In this document: one piece after another, positions 18,420-27,648 of the stretch
How positions within the stretch are numbered: position 1 is the stretch's first letter
How the letters are laid out: every line of letters begins with the position of its first letter
NCBI GenBank assembly: GCA_965200315.1
Contig: OZ241362.1
Coordinates: 832,001-896,000, forward strand
Source: Candidatus Latescibacterota bacterium
Lineage (GTDB): Bacteria > Latescibacterota > UBA2968 > UBA8231
Length of the DNA stretch: 64,000 nucleotides
Direction of reading: 5' to 3'
Notes under the pieces: model-generated
Database searches by the model: none
Told to the model about the DNA's origin: nothing
The model's input: the letters and a program-made list of their open reading frames with translations, nothing else
Program-made: the position numbers and the translations under genes

Positions 18420-19181
18420 ATGAGACGCCTTGTATTGACCGCTTGTTGCTTTTTGGCCTGCGGCGGCTCCGATGACGATCAAGGCAAGGTGACCGTCCAC
18501 TTCAACCACACCGTCGCCAATGCCGATCTCGAGCCAGAGGATATCCTCTACACCAACGCCGCGGGCAACGAATACGGCGTCACGCGCCTCGAGTACATCG
18601 TCTCGGCTATCGCCTTAGAGACGGCCGGAGGCAAGCGAGTCGAGTTGGCCGAATTCCACTACCGCAACGCCTTTGTCAGCGCGACTCGTAGCATTTCGGC
18701 CAAGGTGCCCGGTGGCGAATACACTGCCCTGCGCTTTACCTTTGGCATCGACGGCACTAAAAACGAAACTGGCGCACTGCCGAACGTCGATTACCTCAAC
18801 AACATGGCTTGGCCCGCTCCCATGGGCGGCGGCTACCACTACATGCGCCTGGAGGGCCTCTTCCGCACCGACGACGGCCAAGGAGCCTTTCTCACGCACA
18901 CCGGGCCGGCCGGCGGGGAAGACTTTTCGTTTGCCATCGCCCTGCCGCTTTCCCTAACAGTCAGCGGAGACGAGTGGGCCATCTCCGTAGTGATGGACCT
19001 CAACGAGTGGTACGACGCGCCATCGCTGTACGACTTTAACGATCGCGGCGGGATTATGGGCAACGCCGACGCGCAATTGACCCTGCAAGGCAACGGCTCT
19101 ACAGTCTTTTCTCTAGCCCCAACCACGTCGGCCAAGACCACGGGGAAGTCGAAAGACCACGACGAACGCGTAGGAGGATAA
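18420..19181 (+). CDS. MbnP-family (copper-binding) lipoprotein
   Basis: Lipobox FLAC, YTNAAGN.Y.VTRL.YI.S, P.GEY..LRF.FGID, M.W....GGGYHYMRLEG. Adjacent to a di-heme enzyme. Confidence 0.72.
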   Translation: MRRLVLTACCFLACGGSDDDQGKVTVHFNHTVANADLEPEDILYTNAAGNEYGVTRLEYIVSAIALETAGGKRVELAEFHYRNAFVSATRSISAKVPGGEYTALRFTFGIDGTKNETGALPNVDYLNNMAWPAPMGGGYHYMRLEGLFRTDDGQGAFLTHTGPAGGEDFSFAIALPLSLTVSGDEWAISVVMDLNEWYDAPSLYDFNDRGGIMGNADAQLTLQGNGSTVFSLAPTTSAKTTGKSKDHDERVGG

Positions 19182-19185
19182 CTCC

Positions 19186-20193
19186 ATGCGGCTTGGAGCA
19201 CTAATCCTGCTAGGGCTAGTCGCCTGTGGCAAAGACGCCGGCGTTCCACCTACCTTTTCGCCTGCCCCAACCCCCTACGAGCTAGTCGTACCAGCGGGAT
19301 TCCCAGCGCCGAAAATTCCGCCGGACAATCCCCTAACCGTCGAGGGCATCGCGCTGGGACGGCAGCTTTTTGCCGACCCCATCCTCTCCGTCGATAGCAC
19401 CACAGCCTGCATCTCGTGCCACCTGCCCGCCCATGCCTTCTCCGATCCACTGCCCTTTAGCCAAGGAGTCGGCGGCGTCACCGGCCGCCACTCCATGCCG
19501 CTTTTTAACGTGCTTTGGAACTCGTCCTTTTTCTGGGACGGGCGCGCCGCCAGCCTCGAAGACCAAGCCCTCGAACCCGTGCAGACGCCCGTAGAAATGG
19601 GCGAAAATTGGGACCACGTGGTGGCCAAACTAGAGCGACACGCGGAATATCCCGCGCTCTTCGCCCGCGCCTTTGGCGACGCGCCCATCAACCGGCGACG
19701 CGTCGTCCAAGCCATCGCCCAATTTGAGCGCACCCTCATTTCGGCGGACAGCAAGTACGACCGCTGGCTGGCCGGCCAAGCGGAGTTTACCCCAGCAGAA
19801 AAACGGGGCTTCATTCTCTTTCACAACGAGGAGGGCGACTGCTTCCACTGCCACGTCGCGCCGCTTTTCACCGACAACGAGTTCCACAACAACGGGCTGG
19901 ACCTCGATCCCCCGGATGAAGGGCTGGCCGTGCTCACCGGGAAACGCCTCGATCGCGGAAAATTCAAGACGCCCACCCTGCGCAATGTAGAATACACGGC
20001 ACCGTACATGCACGATGGCCGCTTCCAAACCCTTGGAGAAGTCGTCGAGCACTACGACTCCGGCTTTCACCGCACGGCCCTCACCGATCCGCTGTTGATC
20101 GTCCGGCCCAACCTCGACCTGACTCCAGCCGACAAACGCGCCATAGTGGCCTTTTTGAAAACCCTTTCCGACCCGCAATTACAGGCTCCGTGA
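19186..20193 (+). CDS. Di-heme cytochrome c peroxidase family (MbnH/MauG-like) lipoprotein
   Basis: Lipobox LVAC, P.DNPLT..LGR.LF.DP.LS, two CxxCH (CISCH, CFHCH), FWDGRA.SLE.Q, FKTPTLRN...TAPYMHDG. Confidence 0.92.
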   Translation: MRLGALILLGLVACGKDAGVPPTFSPAPTPYELVVPAGFPAPKIPPDNPLTVEGIALGRQLFADPILSVDSTTACISCHLPAHAFSDPLPFSQGVGGVTGRHSMPLFNVLWNSSFFWDGRAASLEDQALEPVQTPVEMGENWDHVVAKLERHAEYPALFARAFGDAPINRRRVVQAIAQFERTLISADSKYDRWLAGQAEFTPAEKRGFILFHNEEGDCFHCHVAPLFTDNEFHNNGLDLDPPDEGLAVLTGKRLDRGKFKTPTLRNVEYTAPYMHDGRFQTLGEVVEHYDSGFHRTALTDPLLIVRPNLDLTPADKRAIVAFLKTLSDPQLQAP

Positions 20194-20233
20194 CGCGCTT
20201 ATGTCTTTGTTTCTTTTATCATTTACTTTTTTC

Positions 20234-20261
20234 TTGATTAAGTCTCAGAATTTCGTATAAT
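20234..20261 (+). promoter_or_regulatory. Putative sigma70 promoter for HU/IHF gene
   Basis: TTGATT-16 nt-TATAAT with an AT-rich upstream tract. Confidence 0.55.
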
Positions 20262-20318
20262 ACAAGCACTTATGCACAAAATCAGTGCCGATTTAACTCG
20301 TCATCTAGCGAGGTTTTA

Positions 20319-20624
20319 GTGGCCACAATAACCAAAAAGGACCTAGCGCGGTTGGTAGCCGACACGCTCGGCTGCAAAAACAACCTGACGTTGCAAATGG
20401 TCGATAGCCTCTTTGAGTCCATGCGCGAAACGCTTATCGAGGGAAACCGCATTGAAATCAGAGGCTTTGGCGTCCTCGAAGTCAAAGACACCAAGCCCAA
20501 GCCCGCCGCCCGCAATCCGCGTACCGGCGAAGTCGTGTACGTGCCCGCCCGCCGCAAGACCCACTTCAAGCCAGGCAAACAGCTCAAAGAAGCCCTGCAC
20601 GACACCCACTCGGCTGCCAACTAA
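20319..20624 (+). CDS. HU/integration host factor family DNA-binding protein (IHF-beta-like)
   Basis: TKKDL, G.RIEIRGFG, ARNPRTGE.V.VP and FKPGK.LKE motifs. Confidence 0.92.
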   Translation: MATITKKDLARLVADTLGCKNNLTLQMVDSLFESMRETLIEGNRIEIRGFGVLEVKDTKPKPAARNPRTGEVVYVPARRKTHFKPGKQLKEALHDTHSAAN

Positions 20625-20688
20625 GCCGCACCAGACCCCGGCGGCTCTTGGTCTCCCTGATACCCCGTTGAAAATTCGTTTCGCAAAA

Positions 20689-20721
20689 ATAAAAGCCGGC
20701 TCCTTGCGAGTCGGCTTTTAT
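20689..20721. terminator. Intrinsic (bidirectional-type) terminator
   Basis: ATAAAAGCCGGCTC-CTTGC-GAGTCGGCTTTTAT hairpin with A and T tracts, downstream of HU/IHF. Confidence 0.65.
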
Positions 20722-21777
20722 CGTGTGTGCGTTGGTCTCGCGCTGCTGATGGCATCCGATATCCGCGCTGAGCAACGCCTACACATCGGCGCTGACCCGC
20801 GCCTCGAACTACTAACCGCGGTCCAATTCCTCGGCCAATATCGCTATCTGACGCCCTATCGGGTGGAGTACGCGGACGACCTCGTCACTCACTTTTCGCG
20901 CTATCCTCCCCAGCAGGCCGTGGCCTTTTTTCGCAGCCTGAGCGCGGACGCTGGGTGGTCCGATGCCTACCCAACTGCCATGCTCTACCTATCCGATCCA
21001 CCCGAACTAGAACCAACCCAACCCATTCCCCCCCATATCTATCGAGCCTTTCGCGGCGAGGAAAACTTCGCGCGCTTTGTCCACGCCTTGCGCAGCTTTG
21101 CCCGCCAGACCCAATTCAACCACTTCTTCGCCCGCAGCCAAAAGCTCTATCAACTCCTCGAAGCACGTCTCCGCGAAGAGCTGGCCGATGCCGATCCCAC
21201 CGGCCAAGTCGAAGCCTATTTCGGCACCCGTCAACTCAGCTACCACCTCGTCTTTAGCCCGCTTTTGCACCACGGAGGATTTGGCCCCCACATTGGCCGC
21301 CCTCGCGGGCCGTACGATGTCTATACACTACTCGGCCCCACAGGTGCCACGCAGCGCGGCCTACCCAAATACGGCCCCCGCGAGCAGCTTTTGCAGATTA
21401 TATGGCACGAGTTCAGTCACGCCTTCGTCAACCCCCTCAGCGAGGAGTACTATCCAATGCTGAGGCCCCATGCCGACCTATTCGCCCCGCTGGCCGAACA
21501 GATGGCCCTCATCGGCTATACTCACTGGTTAGACTGTGCCAATGAACACCTCATCCGCGCCATCACCGCACGCCTTGCCCATCACCACCTCGGTGCGGAA
21601 GCAGGTCGCCGGGCCCTGCGCGAAGAATCTGGGCGCGGCTTCCGCTATATCCACGCCGTCGCCCACCGCCTCGAAGAATACGAATCCCAGCGCGACCGCT
21701 ACCCGACCTTCGCCGCCTTCTTCCCCCGCTTAATCGCCGTCTTTGCCGAGCTTACTCCCCAGACGTTAGCGCACTAG
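20704..21777 (+). CDS. DUF4932-like exported protein, putative zinc metallopeptidase
   Basis: DPRLELL, IWHEFSHAFVNP (HExxH), NE.LIRA. Signal peptide if started at TTG 20704; alternative ATG 20749. Confidence 0.65.
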   Translation: MRVGFYRVCVGLALLMASDIRAEQRLHIGADPRLELLTAVQFLGQYRYLTPYRVEYADDLVTHFSRYPPQQAVAFFRSLSADAGWSDAYPTAMLYLSDPPELEPTQPIPPHIYRAFRGEENFARFVHALRSFARQTQFNHFFARSQKLYQLLEARLREELADADPTGQVEAYFGTRQLSYHLVFSPLLHHGGFGPHIGRPRGPYDVYTLLGPTGATQRGLPKYGPREQLLQIIWHEFSHAFVNPLSEEYYPMLRPHADLFAPLAEQMALIGYTHWLDCANEHLIRAITARLAHHHLGAEAGRRALREESGRGFRYIHAVAHRLEEYESQRDRYPTFAAFFPRLIAVFAELTPQTLAH

Positions 21778-23097
21778 CCGCCGAAAGAGATCCGCCTGCG
21801 GCGGCACGTCGAGCAGTTCGTCCAAGGTCCCGCGCTCCAAGCCCTCGGCAATAACGGCAAAACTCTCCCGCACCACAGCCGCGGTCTGTTCGACCTCAGC
21901 CTCGCCGTGGGCGCAGTTGAACATGAACCCAGTCGCCAAAATAACGCCGCGGCGGGCGTTCTCTTGGATAAACAGCGTGTTGACCTTGGCAGCCGTCGCA
22001 GCATCCTCCGCGCCCAAGCGGATGCGCGGATGCGCTGCCACCCCCTCACAGCCAGCGTCGAGCCCGACGGCCGCGGCCGCGGCGTCGATCTGCTCCTTAA
22101 AGAAGGTGCCGATGCGCTGGAAGTGACTCACCGCGTCGCGGCGTTCCAACTCGCGCAAGGTCGCCAGCGAGGCCGCCACGCCGATGTTGTCGTCCCAATA
22201 GGCGCTGGAGATAAACATCTGCTCAGCCAGGGCCATAAACTCCCGCTTGCCGACCACCGCCCCCATTGGATAGCCGTTGGAGATGGCCTTGGCAAAAACG
22301 GACATATCCGGCGTCACGCCCGTGTATTCCTGGGCACTGCCCAAGGCCACGCGAAACCCCGACGAGACTTCGTCGAAGATGAGCACCACCCCGTAGCGCG
22401 ACGCCAACTCCCGCACCTTTTCCAAGTAGCCCGGCGGCGGATCGTCCGAGCGCATCGGCTCCATGATGATACAGGCCAACTCGCCAGCGTGTTCGTCGAG
22501 CAGGGCGGCGAGCTCATCGCCATCTCCATAGGTAAAAGGCAGGGCCGTGCCCTCCAGACAGCGGGGCACGCCAATCGGCTCAATGCCATTGAAGAGATGA
22601 GCGGCCAGCCGCTCGGCCCCGATGTTGGCAGCTTGGTACCAGTCGTGCCAGCCGTGGTACCCGCAAAACAGCACCTTGTCGCGGCCGGTGACCCCGCGTG
22701 CAATCCGCACCGCAATGGTGCAAGCCTCGCCCCCGCCCTTGCAGTAGCGCACCATTTCCGCCGAGGGCACAATCCGCACCAATTCTTCGGCTAGCTCTAC
22801 GGCCGACTCTTGTACAATGCTGTAGATCGCCCCCCGGTCGATCTGGGCGCGGACCGCCCCATCGACGACCTCGTCGGCATAGCCCAAGATCACCGGCCCC
22901 ACGGCGCTGGTCCAATCGATGTATTCGTTGCCATCCACGTCCCAGATGCGGCAGCCTTTGGCGCGCTCGGCGTAGATGGGGCTGACGCCGAGTGCTGCCC
23001 GAGTAGGCCGCCGGCTGATGAGCTGGGTGGTGCCGGGGAGGAGCGTTTTGGCGCGCTCGTAGATTTGCAATGAGCGGCGCACTGAGTGTTCTCGCAT
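21766..23097 (-). CDS. Class III aminotransferase (glutamate-1-semialdehyde aminomutase-like)
   Basis: AKG..IWDVDGNEYID, GYHGWHDW, LIFDEV.SGFR, PD....AKAISNGYP motifs. Confidence 0.9.
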   Translation of the reverse strand: MREHSVRRSLQIYERAKTLLPGTTQLISRRPTRAALGVSPIYAERAKGCRIWDVDGNEYIDWTSAVGPVILGYADEVVDGAVRAQIDRGAIYSIVQESAVELAEELVRIVPSAEMVRYCKGGGEACTIAVRIARGVTGRDKVLFCGYHGWHDWYQAANIGAERLAAHLFNGIEPIGVPRCLEGTALPFTYGDGDELAALLDEHAGELACIIMEPMRSDDPPPGYLEKVRELASRYGVVLIFDEVSSGFRVALGSAQEYTGVTPDMSVFAKAISNGYPMGAVVGKREFMALAEQMFISSAYWDDNIGVAASLATLRELERRDAVSHFQRIGTFFKEQIDAAAAAVGLDAGCEGVAAHPRIRLGAEDAATAAKVNTLFIQENARRGVILATGFMFNCAHGEAEVEQTAAVVRESFAVIAEGLERGTLDELLDVPPQADLFRRLVR

Positions 23098-23110
23098 GAT
23101 GGGGCTCCTT

Positions 23111-24262
23111 CTACCGCCCGCTGCGGAGCGGATTTTCGCGTGAAAAAGGCGTTTGCGGCGCGTTGGTCACGCGCAGCCAAGAGTGATACGGCGACCCGCC
23201 CTCCCCGGCACTGGCAAAGTCGCACAAGCGCAGCTTGCTGCCGTCTGCGGCGACAACATCCAGCACCACCATAGCCTCGGCCTTCCCCAAACTCCCCCGC
23301 AGGCCCACCTCGTCCGGGTCCACGGCGTTGAGCCGACGGTCGTAGGTCAAAAGCACCGGTCCCCTAAAAATCGAGACCTTATCGCGGCACTCTTTTTCAC
23401 CCTGCCAGTAGTGCAGGGACATGTCTAGTTCGATGTCGATGGTATCGCCGGGCTGCCAGCACCTAGCCAGCGTTAAATACGCCCCGGCGCACCCTGTTTC
23501 TACGGCCGTGCCGTTTACCTGCACCTTAGTCTGCTGCGACCAGTAAGGCACCCGCAATTTGAGCGCGAACTCCGCCGCTTGAGAGGGATCGACGCGGATG
23601 CCTACGCGCCCGCTGCGGGGATACTCCGTCGCCTCGGTTAGCGCCACGGTCAAGCCGCGCCCCAGCCGCCCCTGCATCCGGCTCGGGCCGTACCAATTGA
23701 GCACCAGTCCCTCCTCGTCGCGCATCAGCGCCCAATCCGAGACCATCCCCAACCCGCGCGGCCCGTTGACGCTGCAACAATTGAGCTCCGGGCTGCCTTC
23801 GCGCCTGGAAGACGATGTCGTGGGCACTCGCCTTGCGCACCCCGTCCATGGGAGTGTTGTACGCTTGTTCATGACGTTGGGCGCGTACCCCGTCAGGCGA
23901 TGGCAGTGCGGCCAAGGGCCGAGATAGCCGTCTGCGTCTTGGTGGGCAATGAGCCGAGCGACGAAGGCTTGGAGGTGCCTTTTCAGCACTGGGTCGCCGG
24001 TCAGCCGCAGGATTTGCACGGCACTGGTCAGGTATTTGCCGGCAAATTCCCCGGCCCAAGGCACTTGGTCTCGGTAGGGCTTGCGATCGCGGTCGGCAAA
24101 CATGTCCAAGATGGCCGGATTAGCCGCCGGGGCGCTGAGCAGCCACTGCTCGGTGACAGCGCACAAGTAGGCCGCCAAGGGGCCGTCAAAGGCGTAGCGG
24201 GTGCCTGACAGGCGAGTCGTTGCGGGTTGTACCACCTGACGGCGGCCTGCGGAACGTTGCAT
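23111..24262 (-). pseudogene. GH127 (beta-L-arabinofuranosidase-like) glycoside hydrolase, internally deleted
   Basis: W.GEF.GK, QD.DGYLG, NCCSVNG, YP..G...I, LR.P.W, W.PGD, GP.LL motifs, but only about 380 aa. The catalytic-domain middle is missing, and YNTPMDG...HDIVFQAR lies in a shifted frame (~23800-23862). Confidence 0.72.
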
Positions 24263-24380
24263 GGCCTCTTCCTCACTCGGTGTGTTTGGACTATCTCGCG
24301 GCTGCGCGGTGGCACTGCTCGCCGCTAGGGGGATTAGACAATTTGACCACTCGTGCAACCCCCCCAAACGGAGCTTTACC

Positions 24381-24476
24381 ATGCAACGCGCCTTGCCTCT
24401 TTTCGTCCTCTTGCCCGCTGTGCCGCTGGCCGCCTACGCGTTTGATAACAAACCGAACACCCCAATCTCGCTATAA
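24381..24476 (+). pseudogene. Signal-peptide-only remnant of an exported protein gene
   Basis: RBS GGAG, then MQRALPLFVLLPAVPLAAYA-FDNKPNTPISL*. AxA-type signal peptide followed almost at once by a stop. Confidence 0.35.
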
Positions 24477-25328
24477 GCCAAACAGCGCAAAGGCGAAGTT
24501 CGGCGGTGGCGCACATATATCGCTCCGGTTTTTCAGATAGTGCCGCGCCTGCTCGGGCGGCAGGAGGCTTTCCAATTCCGCCCAGCCGAGGTTTGCCATT
24601 TCGTCGTTGAGTTCCTCGGGGGCAAATTCGGAAATCATCGGCTCGCCCAGCCGCTTGACGAGGCGTTCCAGTTTGTCGTTGAGCGGCAAGCCCTGCTCGG
24701 GGATGAGATGCCTAGCCAGCTTGTAATCGAGGACGAGGCGGCTGCCCGGGGCCGCAACCGCCGCAATATAGCCGAGCGTCTCGCTTATGGCGTCCTTAGT
24801 CAGGTAATAGGTCGTCCCCAGCCACGAAAAAAATGCTGGTTGCTCCGCATCGAGCCGACTGCGCACAAGCGCCTCATCCAGCCGGTCGGCCTCAAAGTCA
24901 ACCGGCACGAACGCCAAGTTGGACGGGAGGTGCCCGGCGACTCGGCGCACGCGCTCGCGCTTGATGCGCTGAGTCGCCGGATGATCGACTTCAAACACCT
25001 GTACTTGAAGTTCTGGGTGGCGCAGCGAGAACGTGTCAAAACCAGCGCCGAGGATCACATACTGAGTAAGACCCGCTCCTATGGCCGCGTGGAGACAATC
25101 TTCGGCATAGAGGACTCGGAGAATATTCTCGGTGTGGATGGGATGGAATGGGGCCAGCAGCTTATCGACGACCAGCCAGTTGAGCAAGCGATTCTCGACG
25201 ATGAGACGCCACCCCAGCGACACCATATCCACCGCGTACTCGTCGGCAAAAATCGGCGCTGGGTTCCACCGCCGATGGTGAGCACGGATACCGGCGGCCA
25301 AGGACGCGGTCGTACTCGTGCGGCGCAT
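24471..25328 (-). CDS. SAM-dependent methyltransferase (leucine carboxyl methyltransferase-like)
   Basis: S.TA...A..RA.H, QYVILGAGFDTF, FEVDHPATQ..K, VPVDF, SWLG.TYYL motifs. Confidence 0.9.
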   Translation of the reverse strand: MRRTSTTASLAAGIRAHHRRWNPAPIFADEYAVDMVSLGWRLIVENRLLNWLVVDKLLAPFHPIHTENILRVLYAEDCLHAAIGAGLTQYVILGAGFDTFSLRHPELQVQVFEVDHPATQRIKRERVRRVAGHLPSNLAFVPVDFEADRLDEALVRSRLDAEQPAFFSWLGTTYYLTKDAISETLGYIAAVAAPGSRLVLDYKLARHLIPEQGLPLNDKLERLVKRLGEPMISEFAPEELNDEMANLGWAELESLLPPEQARHYLKNRSDICAPPPNFAFALFGL

Positions 25329-25357
25329 GGCTTACGAGGGCCGGTGGCTGCTTATGC

Positions 25358-26350
25358 TCACTCCTGCTCTTCCATCTGGTCGTAAAACTGGACGATCTTG
25401 CCCCGGTCCTTAGAGGCGTTGAATGCCATGCCAGCGCGCGGGTGCTGATTGAGCAGGCCGGTGATCATGTAGGGATAGTCGTAGCCCCACAACAACTTAG
25501 AGCGCAGCGGCTCAACGTGCTCCTCAATGCACTTGAGCACCGGGCGCAAGCGGAATTTGGGGTTGTGCAAAAAGCCCAACAACAGCTCCATCTGGCAGTT
25601 GCCCGCGCCGCGACCCAAGCCGGCAAAACTCGCGTCCGCGCAATTGGCCCCCAAGACCACGGCTTCGATGGTATTGGCAAAGGCCAGTTGCCGATTGTTG
25701 TGGGCGTGGATCCCGACCTCAATCGGGGTCCCCTCGCAGTATTTGAAAAACATGTTGCACAGTGCGCGGACCTGCTCACTGTAGAGCGAGCCAAAGCTAT
25801 CGACCACGTACACAGCCCCCACCTCTGAGCGCACCAGCATCTCCAGCGCGCTCTTGACCTCGGACTCCGGCACGGTGGAAACGGCCATTAAGTTTAAGGT
25901 CGTCTCATAGCCCTTGTCGGAGGCGTCCTTGACCATGTCCAACGCCAGCGGCATCTGGTGGATGTAGGTGGCCACGCGGATCATGTCCAACACGCTCTCA
26001 GACGCCGGAAGAATGTCCGTCTTGTAGTCGCTTTTTTCGGCGTCGGCCATGGCCGCCAACTTCAGCGAAGTGTTGTTGTCGCCGACGATGCGCCGAATAT
26101 CCTCCTCACGGCAATGCTTCCACGGCCCAAACTCGCTAGACGGGAACTGCTCCCGCGAGTTGATGTAGCCGATTTCCATATAGTCGATCCCAGCCTCGAC
26201 GCAGGCCTCGTACACGCTTCGGACTACGTCGTCGGCAAACTGGTGGTCGTTCATCAGGCCGCCATCGCGGATTGTTACATCGACGACCTTGATCTCTTCC
26301 CGGTACCTGAGCCACTTGTCGGCCCAAGTCGCACGGTTTTCCTCACTCAT
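25358..26350 (-). CDS. HMGL-like (DRE-TIM) aldolase, 4-hydroxy-2-oxovalerate aldolase-like
   Basis: D.TIRDGG, VDSFGS, GIHAHNN.QLAFANT, GLGRGAGNC.ME motifs. Confidence 0.85.
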   Translation of the reverse strand: MSEENRATWADKWLRYREEIKVVDVTIRDGGLMNDHQFADDVVRSVYEACVEAGIDYMEIGYINSREQFPSSEFGPWKHCREEDIRRIVGDNNTSLKLAAMADAEKSDYKTDILPASESVLDMIRVATYIHQMPLALDMVKDASDKGYETTLNLMAVSTVPESEVKSALEMLVRSEVGAVYVVDSFGSLYSEQVRALCNMFFKYCEGTPIEVGIHAHNNRQLAFANTIEAVVLGANCADASFAGLGRGAGNCQMELLLGFLHNPKFRLRPVLKCIEEHVEPLRSKLLWGYDYPYMITGLLNQHPRAGMAFNASKDRGKIVQFYDQMEEQE

Positions 26351-26428
26351 TTTTCACTCCTGTTTATGTGTAAAAGGGATATATACTGCGGCACAACCGG
26401 CAAAAGGTCAAACCGGCCACGGCCCTGC

Positions 26429-27505
26429 CTAGGCTTGGGCTACGGTTATTGCACGCAGCTTGTCCGCGTCGATTTCCACGCCCAAACCCGGCCCCTCAAA
26501 CGGATACAAATAGCTGCCCTCGGCCCGCACCCTTTCCACGGCCGGCGACGCCGTGTACAGCACCGGCCCCATAGGATCGCAGGGCAAGTTGGTGTTGGGC
26601 ATGGCGATGCCTACGCTGACCTGCGCCGATACCCCCAGCGTCGATTCTTGGTCAGTGCCAATCAAGCAGCGGAATCCAGCCGCCTCCGCTAGCGCAAAAA
26701 GCCGGCGGATATGGGTCGGGCCGCCGCAGACGCAGGCGACGTTAAAGGCCGTGCAGGCCCTTTTTTCAATGGCTTCCATGCCCAGTTCGAGGCTGTTGAT
26801 GTGCGAGCTTACCGGCAGGTCAACGCGCCGCACAAATTCGGCCGACACCCGCAGACTGCGCGAGGGCTGCTCAAAGTGATAGGGCGCGTAGTGGCGGAGG
26901 ACATCGGCGTAGCGGACGGCCGTTTCCCATTCGGTGAAGCGCCCGGAAAAGTCGATGGACTTGAGCTTGAGCTGGTCGTCGAAGCGACGTTGGGCCTCGC
27001 CGAGAAAGCGGTTGTCGAGTGCGCTATCGCCCGACACATAGTAGCGGAATAGGTGATGGCCTAAGTCGAGCAGCCGCTGGAGATAGCCCAGCGCACGCTC
27101 GAAGTCCTCTTTTACCTGCCAGCCAAAGATCGGATAGCAGCAGTAGAGCCGCTCCCGCATCTTGCCGCCCAAAAGCCGATAGGCCGGTACGCCTTGGGCC
27201 TTGCCGTGGAGATCGTAGAGCGCCAAGTCAATCGCCGAGGCGAGGTGGAGGTCGGTTACGGAGCTGTGGAAGGCGTGGCCGCGCAACAGCTCGTTGATTT
27301 CGGTAATGGCCCCGGCGTCCCGCCCCACCAACAGCTCGTTGTACTGCCGGGCAATGGCCGGCAAATCCTCGGCGCGACTGTCGGACGCCTCGCCCCAGCC
27401 GACCGGGCCATCGTCGACAAAGACTTTGACCAGCACGTGCCCAGAAATGTGGCCGTAGTAGCGCGGGGTCTCTATCTGCATGGTCTCTACTTGGGTGATT
27501 TTCAC
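26429..27505 (-). CDS. Mandelate racemase/muconate lactonizing enzyme family protein
   Basis: GWGE, SAIDLALYDL.GK..GVP.Y.LLGG, EQP and GPGLGVEID motifs. Confidence 0.88.
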   Translation of the reverse strand: MKITQVETMQIETPRYYGHISGHVLVKVFVDDGPVGWGEASDSRAEDLPAIARQYNELLVGRDAGAITEINELLRGHAFHSSVTDLHLASAIDLALYDLHGKAQGVPAYRLLGGKMRERLYCCYPIFGWQVKEDFERALGYLQRLLDLGHHLFRYYVSGDSALDNRFLGEAQRRFDDQLKLKSIDFSGRFTEWETAVRYADVLRHYAPYHFEQPSRSLRVSAEFVRRVDLPVSSHINSLELGMEAIEKRACTAFNVACVCGGPTHIRRLFALAEAAGFRCLIGTDQESTLGVSAQVSVGIAMPNTNLPCDPMGPVLYTASPAVERVRAEGSYLYPFEGPGLGVEIDADKLRAITVAQA

Positions 27506-27525
27506 GCCTAGCTCCTTTGCGTTGC

Positions 27526-27553
27526 CGAGCGGCTCAGCACCGCGAGCCGCTCG
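27526..27553. terminator. Perfect 10-bp hairpin downstream of gdh
   Basis: CGAGCGGCTC-8 nt-GAGCCGCTCG. No clear U tract, so a terminator or stabilising-hairpin role is uncertain. Confidence 0.35.
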
Positions 27554-27648
27554 TTGATTTCGGCCTCAAGGTAAGAAAAAGGCGCTGTTGGCGCACAAGC
27601 CCTCGTGTTCGTATAGCAGCAGCTCGTACTGTTACACGTCCGGCACCA

